DNA from: an uncultured Actinomycetota bacterium
Lineage (GTDB): Bacteria > Actinomycetota > Actinomycetes > Actinomycetales > Cellulomonadaceae
Reading direction: 5' to 3'
Assembly: GCA_963850545.1 (NCBI GenBank)
Contig: CAWKLP010000002.1
Coordinates: 1,501,934-1,565,933, forward strand
DNA length: 64,000 nucleotides
Shown: one piece after another, positions 33,508-42,553 of the stretch
Position numbering within the stretch: the first letter of the stretch is position 1
Layout of the letters: the number at the start of each line of letters is the position of its first letter
The notes under the pieces: generated by a model
Database searches by the model: none
Seen by the model: only the letters and a program-made list of their open reading frames with translations
Told to the model about the DNA's origin: nothing
Made by a program: the position numbers and the translations under genes

Positions 33508-34666
33508 TCAGTTCGCGCAATAGCTCGCGAACGATCGTGGAGTCGTGAACCTCGTCGGAGGAGATCTGCTCGGCGTCCAGTAGGACCAGTGCGGCGGACT
33601 CGTCTTCGCCGCGTCGCACGAAACCCCGGGCCGTGGAGATCAGTGCGGCTGACCGGCGTTCCACGCTTGGGATGTTGTTCAGGTTGAGGCGGGCTGACAG
33701 CTCAACTACGTCGTCCGGGCGCCCGAGCTCGGCGTTGATCGCCACGGCGTGGATGTCGACGTTCCCGGCACCGAACTTCGTCCACGGGTCGTAGTAGCCA
33801 GGCCCGAGGGCGTTGGCTGCGTCCTGCGCGACGCGGTGCAACGCCCAGGCGCGGCCGTCCTGATCGGACTGCGCGGCGCTGACCGCCGCCGCCAGGTGCA
33901 GCATCCCGTACGCGCCCAGAAGGTCCTTGCGCGGATTCGCGGGGTCGATGCGGGTGTGCACCTCGTCGGCAGCGACCAGGCAAATTCGGGTGGCTTCGTC
34001 CTGATGACCTGCGCGCCGGTAAGGACCTGACAGTGCCCAGGCGGACAGCGCGATGAGGTAGGGGTCGTCGGCCTCGCGGGCAATGTGAGCAGCGCGGTCG
34101 GACACGACCCAGGCCAGGTCCCCGGACGGGACGTGGTGCAACCACTGGCGCGTGATCTGGTAGGCGCCCGCCAGCGTGCGAGCGCTGCGCGCCCGGTCCG
34201 ACGACGTGGCATGGGCGGCGTGCGCATCAGCGACGAGTGCGGGAAGAAGGGCACCGACGCCGCGGTGCGCCGAAGGCGACTCATGCCAGATCGTCCAGGC
34301 GTCATCGACGCGGCCCGCCACGTCGGTCAGGTCGGGTGCCGGATCGGTGACCGGGATCGGTCCTGCAGTGCGCATGATGACCTCGCGCAGCGCAGTCACG
34401 GTCTCAGCCTGGGACGGACCGGTGCCAGGGGTCAGCGCATCCAGAGGCCGGCCGATCAAGTCGTCGACGGTGCAGCCGATGACTGACGCGATCCGGACCA
34501 GGTCCGTGAGCCGCTCGGCGTGCCGGCGGCCCTGCTCCACTGCGGAGACCCACTGGACGGACTTGCCGATGCGCTCGGCGAGCGCAAGCTGCGTCACGCT
34601 GGCCGCGCGACGGTGAGCGGCGATTGCCGCTCCCACACCACGTAATAGGTCCGCGTCGTTTGTCAT
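33434..34666 (-). CDS. Xre-family regulator with large helical C-terminal domain
   Basis: IAAHRRAASVTQLALAERIGKSVQWVSAVEQG HTH, followed by ~330 aa of Ala-rich helices. Confidence 0.8.
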   Translation of the reverse strand: MTNDADLLRGVGAAIAAHRRAASVTQLALAERIGKSVQWVSAVEQGRRHAERLTDLVRIASVIGCTVDDLIGRPLDALTPGTGPSQAETVTALREVIMRTAGPIPVTDPAPDLTDVAGRVDDAWTIWHESPSAHRGVGALLPALVADAHAAHATSSDRARSARTLAGAYQITRQWLHHVPSGDLAWVVSDRAAHIAREADDPYLIALSAWALSGPYRRAGHQDEATRICLVAADEVHTRIDPANPRKDLLGAYGMLHLAAAVSAAQSDQDGRAWALHRVAQDAANALGPGYYDPWTKFGAGNVDIHAVAINAELGRPDDVVELSARLNLNNIPSVERRSAALISTARGFVRRGEDESAALVLLDAEQISSDEVHDSTIVRELLRELIIRDRARARPHVHGLARRGGLLAA

Positions 34667-34711
34667 GGCCACCACGATAGGCGGCCTGCGGGGTAACCAA
34701 CAGGCTCAGAA

Positions 34712-34729
34712 CTGCTACGCGTGTAGCAG
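34712..34729. promoter_or_regulatory. Candidate operator in the divergent promoter of the tailoring cluster
   Basis: CTGCTAC-GCGT-GTAGCAG inverted repeat. Confidence 0.5.
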
Positions 34730-34847
34730 CCCTCGCGGGTCTCTCGCTCATAGCGTCGTTTTCGTCGGTGGGCTGCGTCCCAGCAGCGGCCCGCCGACTG
34801 CCAGAGCACCAACCATGCCGAGCACGACGTAGTGACACGAGGGGGAC

Positions 34848-35192
34848 GTGATGGGACTTCGAGGCCACGACTTGGACCTGGTCAAGCACGATCACCCGAC
34901 GCCGGTCGCCGAGCGGCCGCCGGTCGATGATCTGACGCGCGCGCTGGGCGACGCGTTGACGGCGATACGCGCCCTCGGTCCCAACCGGATCGAGCTGGTC
35001 ACCGTGACCAAGGATCGGATCTCTCTGCAGCCCACGGACCTGGAAGACGGCCAGCAGATCGCCCACGCTCTGGGCTGCGATCTTCCACTGGATCACCGGA
35101 TGTTCGTGCCCGGGCACACACTCTGGACCGGGACCCGCTACGGACTGGAGATTCAGGTCCGGTCGGTCTTGCGTCAGGTGGTGGCCCGATGA
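34848..35192 (+). CDS. Hypothetical protein, first gene of the cluster
   Basis: GAGGGG RBS; ATGA overlap with the HAD gene. Confidence 0.6.
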   Translation: MMGLRGHDLDLVKHDHPTPVAERPPVDDLTRALGDALTAIRALGPNRIELVTVTKDRISLQPTDLEDGQQIAHALGCDLPLDHRMFVPGHTLWTGTRYGLEIQVRSVLRQVVAR

Positions 35193-36313
35193 ACGCCGCA
35201 ACCGTCACCTGCATACGGACCCTCGTGGCGCTCGACATCGACGGGACCCTCGTGGACGGCAAGAGCAAGATCCCGCCCGGGACGGTTGAGGCGCTGGACC
35301 TGGCCCGCGCGGCAGGACACGAGGTCGTACCCGCCTCCGGGCGGTCGCTCGCCGGATTGCTGCCAATCGCGGTCCGGTTGGGGCTTACCGACGGATGGGC
35401 AGTGGCCTCCAACGGCGCCCTGACCGTACGCCTGGATCGGTCCGCGCCGTCGGGGTACGACGTCGTTGACGCCCGGACGTTCACTCCAGGGCCGGTGATC
35501 AGCCGCGCCGTGGACCTGGTCCCGGGTGTCCGGGTCGCGGTGGAGGAAGTCGGGTGGGGGTGGCGCACGAACCACCCCTTCGCCCCGGGAGAGCTCAACG
35601 GGCAGCAGAAGCCAGCGACGCTGGACTACCTGACGTCCGAGCCAGCAACCCGGGTCGTGCTCGCTGCACCAGGCATCGGGCGGTTCGTCGATGCGCTGGG
35701 TGCTGCCGGGGTCACGGTCACCCCGGCGGGGCCGAACTGGTGCGATGTGACAGCGCTCGACGTCGACAAGGCGGTCGCGCTCGATGGGGTGCGTAAGCAC
35801 CTGCACATCCCCGCTGAACGCACGGTGGCGGTCGGCGACGGCATGAACGATCTGACGATGCTGGCCTGGGCCGGGCGCTCGATAGCTATGGGGCACGCAC
35901 CCGCGATCGTGCGCAGCGCGGCCGTCGAAACGACCGGCACGATCGACGAAGCCGGGGCGCTGCCCGTTCTGGCCTCGCTCGTCCCGGACATCGACGGTTC
36001 ACTGTCATCGCTGGCCGCCCAGATTGCGGTCGGGGCGCGCACCGCGCCGGGCCCGGCCGTTTTGCGGGTGTGGCACGGCACCGGGCCGGACCTGTCCCGG
36101 TGCGAGATTTGGACCCTCCAGACTTCGCACTGGGTCCGGCACGCACCTGTCCCGTCCGGCGTCGGCACCACCATGCGCGCAATCGAAGCCGCCGCGCTGG
36201 AGGCGGGCCTGCCGTTCCCACGCGGGGACGAGGGCCGCCGCCGCGCTCAATGGCGCAGTGTCACCACCCGCAGTGGTCCGGCCGGGTTCGAACTCCCGCT
36301 CAACAGTTTCTGA
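35189..36313 (+). CDS. Cof-type HAD hydrolase (phosphatase) with C-terminal extension
   Basis: ALDIDGTL (motif I), ASGRS, DKAVAL, AVGDGMNDLTML. Confidence 0.88.
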   Translation: MNAATVTCIRTLVALDIDGTLVDGKSKIPPGTVEALDLARAAGHEVVPASGRSLAGLLPIAVRLGLTDGWAVASNGALTVRLDRSAPSGYDVVDARTFTPGPVISRAVDLVPGVRVAVEEVGWGWRTNHPFAPGELNGQQKPATLDYLTSEPATRVVLAAPGIGRFVDALGAAGVTVTPAGPNWCDVTALDVDKAVALDGVRKHLHIPAERTVAVGDGMNDLTMLAWAGRSIAMGHAPAIVRSAAVETTGTIDEAGALPVLASLVPDIDGSLSSLAAQIAVGARTAPGPAVLRVWHGTGPDLSRCEIWTLQTSHWVRHAPVPSGVGTTMRAIEAAALEAGLPFPRGDEGRRRAQWRSVTTRSGPAGFELPLNSF

Positions 36314-36486
36314 CGCCGAAGACTTGCAGCCGCCCCGCATCGATCTCCGGCTGCATGCCCGCCTCCAGACGGCGGGAAGGCCGAGGTCCCCACCCCCGGG
36401 AACCTCGGCTGCCCCCACGAGCGCCTAGAACGAACAGGGGCCAGCCAGCCCTGGCAGCTCCACGAGGTTCCGACCGGAGGCGAACG

Positions 36487-37827
36487 ATGAGTGAGATCGC
36501 AGACAGGACGGCGGGCTCCCGGCAAGGCATGGGCTGGGGTGGCGCGGAGGCAACCGCTGTTGTCGTTCGTCCCGGACCTCGTCTGGCAGGCAGGGTCCGA
36601 GTGGACGGCTCGAAGAACGCGGCACTACCGCTGCTCGCCTGCGCTGCGGTGACGGAAGGGCCGGTGCACGTGTCGAACGTTCCGTCGAGTGCGGATGTGG
36701 GCGTGATGCTCCTGCTCCTGGAACACGCTGGCTTCCAGGTGGACCGCTCGACGGACGATCAGCAGTCCGTGACCGTTCGCCTGGCGTCGGAGCACCGCCC
36801 TCACGGACTGGAGCTCGCTGGGGCCATCCGGGCGTCGTACTACTTGGTTCCCGCACTCCTGGCAGCCCATGGCCGCGCCGACCTGCCGTGGCCTGGTGGC
36901 TGCCAGATCGGAGATCGTGGGATGAACCTGCACTTCGACGTCTACGCCGCATTCGGTGACGAGATCGAGCTTGACTCCACTGGGTACCACGTAGCGGCGC
37001 GGGAGACTCCGGCCCGGGTGACAATCGATCTTCCGTTCCGGTCCCGGGGCGCGAGCGTCGTGGCCGTTCTGCGGGCCGTGGTCGGACGCGTGCGAATGGA
37101 GTTGGGCAACCCGAATCTCTCCCCAGAGTTCACCGGCATCCTCGACAGCCTGCGCTCAGTCGGCTGGCGCATCGATCTGCGTCCGTCCCGCCTCCGGATG
37201 GTTCCACCACAGGTGGTTGACGCTGCGCTGGTGTCGTGGCGGGTTCCCGGAGACAAGGTCGAGGCCGGGACTCTGGCATGCGCGATAGCGGCCACGGGCG
37301 GCAGTGGGCGTGTCGAGGGGGTCGCTGGTCGTGACGTCGAGTGCGTCGCTCGACTTCTCAACAGCGTCGGCGTTGGCATCGGCGTCGAGGACGACGCGCT
37401 CGTCGTCTTCGGCGATGGTGAGCGGATAGGCCATGGTTTGCGAGCGAGCGCATCCCTGGATCCAGCGGGCCTGGACGCCGACTTCGAGCCGGCGCTGATG
37501 GCCCTGGCGCTGTGTTTGCCCGGGACCCACGAGTTTTCCGACGCGATCAACCCCGGACGGCACGGCAATCTGCTGGCGCAGCTCGCCCGCCTGGGTGCGG
37601 ACATCGAGGCGCTGACCGCGACCACGGCCCGCCTGACAGGGCCGCAGCATCTTGCCGGAGGGACGGCAGAGGCTACGGACATCCGTACCGGTTCGGCCCT
37701 ACTCATTGCTGCCTTGACCGCGTACAACGAGACGGCGGTGACTGGACTCGCACAGCTTCGACGTGGGCACGCCGACCTGCCCGGGAAGCTCCGTGCGCTG
37801 GGCGCGGACGTTCGGGAGCGACCGTGA
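36487..37827 (+). CDS. MurA/NikO-like enolpyruvyl transferase
   Basis: DGSKNAALP, IRASYY, PGGCQIGDR, TDIRTG, LRRGH; GGAGG RBS; diverged acceptor-binding motifs. Confidence 0.85.
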   Translation: MSEIADRTAGSRQGMGWGGAEATAVVVRPGPRLAGRVRVDGSKNAALPLLACAAVTEGPVHVSNVPSSADVGVMLLLLEHAGFQVDRSTDDQQSVTVRLASEHRPHGLELAGAIRASYYLVPALLAAHGRADLPWPGGCQIGDRGMNLHFDVYAAFGDEIELDSTGYHVAARETPARVTIDLPFRSRGASVVAVLRAVVGRVRMELGNPNLSPEFTGILDSLRSVGWRIDLRPSRLRMVPPQVVDAALVSWRVPGDKVEAGTLACAIAATGGSGRVEGVAGRDVECVARLLNSVGVGIGVEDDALVVFGDGERIGHGLRASASLDPAGLDADFEPALMALALCLPGTHEFSDAINPGRHGNLLAQLARLGADIEALTATTARLTGPQHLAGGTAEATDIRTGSALLIAALTAYNETAVTGLAQLRRGHADLPGKLRALGADVRERP

Positions 37828-39029
37828 CCGAACGCATCCTGGAGCGGATCGTGGCGACGACTGACGTGCATTCCCAGCTCCGTGAGGTCGGCCCGCTGCT
37901 CGCCGGGCTGCACCGTGCACGGCGCGACGCTCTGGTCGTGGACTGCGGGGACTTCTTCGAGGGAACCGGCTACTACCGACTCGGCCAGGGCCGGATCGAG
38001 ACGGAGATCATGAACTCGATCTACGACGTCGTCGCCCCAGGAAACCACGGCTGGCGCCACCATCTGCAGCCCGGCCTGCGCGAGCTGACCGTGTGCGCCA
38101 ACGTCGCCGACGCCTTCAGCGGCGAGGCACTGTTCCGCCGCCTGCACCGGACCGTCATCGGCGGACGGCGGGTGGGCGTGACCGCCGTCGTTGGCGAGCA
38201 GGCGTTTGCGGCGATACCCATGGGCGAGCGGTCTGGGCACCGTGTCGTCGACCCTGTCAGCGCGCTCATGGACGTGTGGGAGAAGCATCGTCATGAGGTC
38301 GAGGCGTGGGTGCTGCTGTCACACTCCGGCTTTGAACACGATGTTCGCCTCGCCGAGGCTTGCCCGTTCCTCGACGTCATCTTCGCGGGCCACTGCCATA
38401 GTGAGCGCCATGGACCCGAGCGGGTCGGCTCAACTGTCGTCGTCAAGGGGGCTGAACTCGCGGCAGGCTTCTCGACCGCTGCACCAGCCGCGGAAGGTTG
38501 GCGCGCGAGTAGCGCCCGGTTCGAGCCGGTCGACACGCTTTCTGCGCCCCTGGAGTCGTTCGGCCGTCAGGTCGAACTCCTCCGCGACCAGTTGGCGACA
38601 GCGATCGGCCCGCTCGATCCCTCCTGGAGGGACCGCGACCTTGACCGCAGGGCTGCGCTCGAACAGATTGCCCAGCGTCTTCGCACAAGCGCGCCCTCTG
38701 CCGTGGTGGTCCTCAATGAATCCGCGCTGCGACAGGTCCACCTTGGGCAGGTGCTGACCGCCGACAACCTGCTTGCCATCGAACCGTTCGGCAACCGCGT
38801 CGTGCATGCCCGGGTCGAGCACGAGACAGATCTCTCAGCGCTGCTCGCTGAGCTTGGGGAGCGGTCCGGTCCCTTGGTCGTCGACCCCCACTCGGCTCCC
38901 GACCGTGTGAGCAGCGTCCTGACCACGGACTACCTCGCCGAGACGCTTCCCGTTCACAGCCCGCCCACGACAGTTCTCGAACTCAGCCAGGCCGTCCGTC
39001 ATGTCCTCTGCTCGGAGGTTACGTCATGA
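37824..39029 (+). CDS. Calcineurin-like metallophosphoesterase / 5'-nucleotidase-like (no signal peptide)
   Basis: TTDVHS, DCGDFFEG, PGNHG, LLSHSG, FAGHCH. Confidence 0.88.
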   Translation: MTERILERIVATTDVHSQLREVGPLLAGLHRARRDALVVDCGDFFEGTGYYRLGQGRIETEIMNSIYDVVAPGNHGWRHHLQPGLRELTVCANVADAFSGEALFRRLHRTVIGGRRVGVTAVVGEQAFAAIPMGERSGHRVVDPVSALMDVWEKHRHEVEAWVLLSHSGFEHDVRLAEACPFLDVIFAGHCHSERHGPERVGSTVVVKGAELAAGFSTAAPAAEGWRASSARFEPVDTLSAPLESFGRQVELLRDQLATAIGPLDPSWRDRDLDRRAALEQIAQRLRTSAPSAVVVLNESALRQVHLGQVLTADNLLAIEPFGNRVVHARVEHETDLSALLAELGERSGPLVVDPHSAPDRVSSVLTTDYLAETLPVHSPPTTVLELSQAVRHVLCSEVTS

Positions 39030-39562
39030 TCCTCACCGGTCCCGAGATCACTGCATCAGTGCGCGACGGGCGGTTGCGGGTCACGCCGTTCGAGCCCGCG
39101 CAGGTCAACCCGAACAGCTACAACGTGCGCCTTGGCCCGACTCTGATGACGTACGTGGACCCGGTCATTGATGCGCATCGGCCGAACCCGACGTCCATCA
39201 TCGAGATTGGCCCGAAGGGGTACGTGCTGCAGCCGAACGAGCTGTACCTCGGGCACACCCTGGAGGAGGTCGGCTCGGACGTGTTCGTGCCGCTGCTGTT
39301 CGGCCGGTCCTCGGTCGGGCGGCTCGGCCTGTTCGTGGAGATCACCGCCCCGATCGGTGACATCGGCTTCCACGGCCAGTGGACTCTCATGCTCGCCCCC
39401 ACCCGTCCGCTGCGTGTCTACGCCGGGATGAAGATCGGGCAGATCATGTTCTTCGTCGCCGCCGGCCCGCTCGAGCTGTACACGGGCAAGTACCAGGCAG
39501 CGCAGGGGCCGCAGGCCTCGCGCTACTGGCACGACATTCCACGCCCGGCGGCGGCCTCATGA
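39026..39562 (+). CDS. dCTP deaminase-like protein, copy 1 (RSS motif present, catalytic Glu absent)
   Basis: QVNPNSYNVRLG, GRSSVGRLGL, GDIGFHGQWTLM, YTGKYQ. Confidence 0.88.
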   Translation: MILTGPEITASVRDGRLRVTPFEPAQVNPNSYNVRLGPTLMTYVDPVIDAHRPNPTSIIEIGPKGYVLQPNELYLGHTLEEVGSDVFVPLLFGRSSVGRLGLFVEITAPIGDIGFHGQWTLMLAPTRPLRVYAGMKIGQIMFFVAAGPLELYTGKYQAAQGPQASRYWHDIPRPAAAS

Positions 39563-40095
39563 TCCTGACCGGCCCCGCGATCGCCGCCGCCGTCGCGGCC
39601 GGAGATATCACCATCGACCCGTTCGACCCGAACCGGCTGTCCGCGAACGCGTACGACTGGCGGCTCGGGTCAACGCTTCGGGTCTGCACCACGGATCTGG
39701 ACGCCGCGATTCCGACCCCCTTTACCGAGGTCACCATCCCTGAGTCGGGGTACGTCCTGGAACCCGAGGTCCTGTATCTCGGGGTAACCCTGGAGCAGAC
39801 GGCCTCCGACCGGTATGCCCAGATGCTCAACGGCGACCTTGTCACCGGCCGCCTCGGTATCTGGGTGCACGTCTCCGCGCCGCTGGGCCATGTCGGGCAC
39901 GCGATCCGCTGGACGCTGGAGATTCGCGCCGTCAGACCCGTTCGCATCTACCCGGGCATGACGTTCGGCAAGCTCATCTTCCTGCGCACTTACGGGGCGG
40001 CGGCCAGCTACCAGCAGCTCGGCCGCAAGTACACGTCGACCGACGGCATCGATATCTCCCGGCTCCACGAGGAACTCCAGGAGGACAACCCGTGA
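39559..40095 (+). CDS. dCTP deaminase-like protein, copy 2 (Glu present, RSS motif absent)
   Basis: RLSANAYDWRLG, GDLVTGRLGI, GHVGHAIRWTLEI, GRKY. Confidence 0.8.
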   Translation: MILTGPAIAAAVAAGDITIDPFDPNRLSANAYDWRLGSTLRVCTTDLDAAIPTPFTEVTIPESGYVLEPEVLYLGVTLEQTASDRYAQMLNGDLVTGRLGIWVHVSAPLGHVGHAIRWTLEIRAVRPVRIYPGMTFGKLIFLRTYGAAASYQQLGRKYTSTDGIDISRLHEELQEDNP

Positions 40096-41177
40096 CCGCT
40101 CGTGTGGCGACCTTCCTCGATCTGCCGGCGGCAAGCCCCGGCGGCAGCGTGGAACTGTTCCGCGATCTGTACGCCGGCACCGACCCGCTCATCCCCGCAC
40201 GAGCATTCATGCTCGACGCCGGCCACAACGGGCTCCCAGCCGTTCCCGGTCTGGGCCTGCTCGCGGTCGACGGCAAGTGCCTCGACGAGCCCGGATTCAC
40301 GGCGTACGTCACCGCCCTGCACCGCGCCCTGGCCGATGTGCTCGACCCGGGGGATGTCGATGTCGTCCACCTGCAACACCTCGCCTTCGGTGCCACTCCG
40401 GCGCTCCTGCGAACGCTCCCGGGCCACCCGGCCGTCGCCTTGGTCCACGGGACTGACCTGCTTTTCGCCGAGACCTACCCTGACCAACTGCGAGTCCTGC
40501 GCGACACAGTCCGCCGCGCGGACGCAATCGTCGTACCCACCTCGGCCATGGCAGACCGACTCCGCGTGCTGGCCCCAGCCGCGGATCGGGTAATGAAGAT
40601 CCCCTGGGGCATTCCCGACCACCTCCTCGCCGGACCGCTTCCACGACGCTCGTCCCCGAAGGGCACGCAACGGCTCATGTACGCGGGCAGGCTGACCCCC
40701 GAGAAGGGCGCCGACCGCCTCATCCAAGCCCTCGGTGCGGCCACGAACTTCACGCTCAGCATCGCCGCGCCGCCTCACGAGTTCCGCGCCCTCGGCCCAT
40801 CCCTACGACGGGCCGGGGTCGACGTCGACTACCTCGGGTGGCTCTCTCGACCCGATCTGTGGAAGGCATTCGCGGACCACGACGCGCTACTCATGCCCTC
40901 CACCACCCTGGAGGCCATGGGTCTGGTCGCCCTCGAAGCGCAAGCCTGCGGACTGCCCGTGCTCTACCAACCCGTACCCGGACTCGACGAGACACTCGGC
41001 GAGGCCGCCATGCCCACCGACTTCACCGACCCGGACCAAGTCGCGGCCAACCTGCGTCACCTCGCGTCGCCCGACCTGGTCGACGACCTCCGAGCTGCCG
41101 CCCGCACCAACGCCGCTCGCTTCCCCTTGTCCGCTACCGCCGCCTCGTTGAGCCAGCTCGGCGACAGCCTCGCCTGA
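40092..41177 (+). CDS. GT-B family 4 glycosyltransferase
   Basis: HGTDL, YAGRLTPEKG, PSTTLEAMGLVALEAQACGLPV (E-x7-E). Confidence 0.9.
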   Translation: MTARVATFLDLPAASPGGSVELFRDLYAGTDPLIPARAFMLDAGHNGLPAVPGLGLLAVDGKCLDEPGFTAYVTALHRALADVLDPGDVDVVHLQHLAFGATPALLRTLPGHPAVALVHGTDLLFAETYPDQLRVLRDTVRRADAIVVPTSAMADRLRVLAPAADRVMKIPWGIPDHLLAGPLPRRSSPKGTQRLMYAGRLTPEKGADRLIQALGAATNFTLSIAAPPHEFRALGPSLRRAGVDVDYLGWLSRPDLWKAFADHDALLMPSTTLEAMGLVALEAQACGLPVLYQPVPGLDETLGEAAMPTDFTDPDQVAANLRHLASPDLVDDLRAAARTNAARFPLSATAASLSQLGDSLA

Positions 41178-41255
41178 CCACAGACAGATCCAGCTATGCC
41201 GTCCTGGCCGCCCCTACGCTGACCAGGACGGCTAACCCGAGAAGCAGAGGAACCG

Positions 41256-42301
41256 ATGCCCTCCACCACCGAACACCTCCACGCCCTGGCGACCGCAGGA
41301 GTCCACAACGGCGTCTACCCCGGTGCAGTGTGGGCCGTCGGCAACGCCGACGGCGTGATCGACCGCGGCGCCACCGGCCTCCTGGACCCAACACGTTCCG
41401 ACGAGCCCATGAAGCCGGACACCGTGTTCGACATCGCGAGCCTCACCAAGATCCTCGCCGTCTGGACCACCATCGGGACCCTCTGGCAGGACAGGCACCT
41501 GGACCTCGACGAGCCCCTCGGCCAGCTCTGGCCCGGCGTCGCCGGATACCCGCTCGGCCAGGTCACCGCCCACCAGCTCCTCACCCACACCGCCGGACTG
41601 CCGCTGCGCGCCCAGCTCAAGAGCCTCTACGGCACCGACCCTGACGCCATCCGAAGCGGCGTCCTGCACGAAGCCCTGCACCGCCCACCGGGCCAGGCCG
41701 TGGAGTACACCGACCGCGCCGCCCTCATCCTCGGCTACCTCGCCGAGTACCTCAGCGGCGAGCAGTTGGACCATCTCGCCACCGACCGCGTCTGGCGGCC
41801 CGCTCGGCATGCGAGAGACCCGATATGGACCCCTGCCGACGAACGTGGCCGCGCGCTGCGCCCCCACCGAGCTCGACGACGAGACCGGCGCGCACCTCAA
41901 GGGCGTCGCTCACGACTTCTCCGCCCGCCTTCTCGGCGGCGTATCCGGCATCGCCGGAGCGTTCTCCACCCTCGACGACCTCACCGTGCTGCTGCGCTAC
42001 CTGCTGGACCCTGCCACCGCCGCGACGCCCCCGGGCTTCGGTCCCGAGTGGATCGCGCGAGTCCCTCAACGTCCACACCGGCGGCCTCGAACCGGCACGG
42101 GGCCTGTTCTGGCACCCGGCTCCCGGCACCGACCCCGCCGACCAGACCTGGACCCACTACGGCTTCACCGGCACCGCCATCTGGCTCAACCCGAAACAGA
42201 ACCACTGGGCGGTCCTGCTCACCAACAAGCTCTACTACACCCGCGACCGCGAACCCCTCGCTAGCATCCGCGACCAGTTCCGCGGCATCGTCTTCGGCTG
42301 A
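41256..42301 (+). pseudogene. Beta-lactamase-related serine hydrolase, two apparent frameshifts
   Basis: ASLTK (SxxK), EYTD, HYGFTG. Reading frame shifts near 41800 and 42060; could be real decay or assembly error. Confidence 0.8.
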
Positions 42302-42452
42302 TTCAGCCTCACGGACAAGCAGCGCGCGGCTGGCGCCTGGCGCTGACCCCGCGACGGTGATCCCAGAAGGCGCGGGAGGCCGGCACGCGGAGGCGACGGG
42401 CGGGGGACCCACCTCCGCGGCTCATCCCAGACCCAGACCCTCTCCAGACCAG

Positions 42453-42553
42453 TCCCACCACAACCCCCACATCACACCCAACCCCCACATCCCACCCCCA
42501 ATCCCTCACCCTCTACCACATCCCCCTAAATCACCCCCCAATTCCTCCCCCCA
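42453..42553. other. 101-nt tract with no G on the + strand (G-run-rich - strand)
   Basis: No G between 42452 and 42554; upstream of the relaxase. Confidence 0.85.

Noticed and set aside
36487-37827. Annotation as housekeeping murA or a fosfomycin-resistance gene
   Set aside because: Located in a mobile operon without cell-wall genes, acceptor motifs have diverged, and the fosfomycin-reactive Cys is retained.
39026-40095. Calling this the known dCTP-depletion anti-phage system
   Set aside because: That system uses a cytidine-deaminase-fold enzyme fused to a kinase-like domain. These are trimeric Dcd/dUTPase-fold proteins in a biosynthetic-looking operon.
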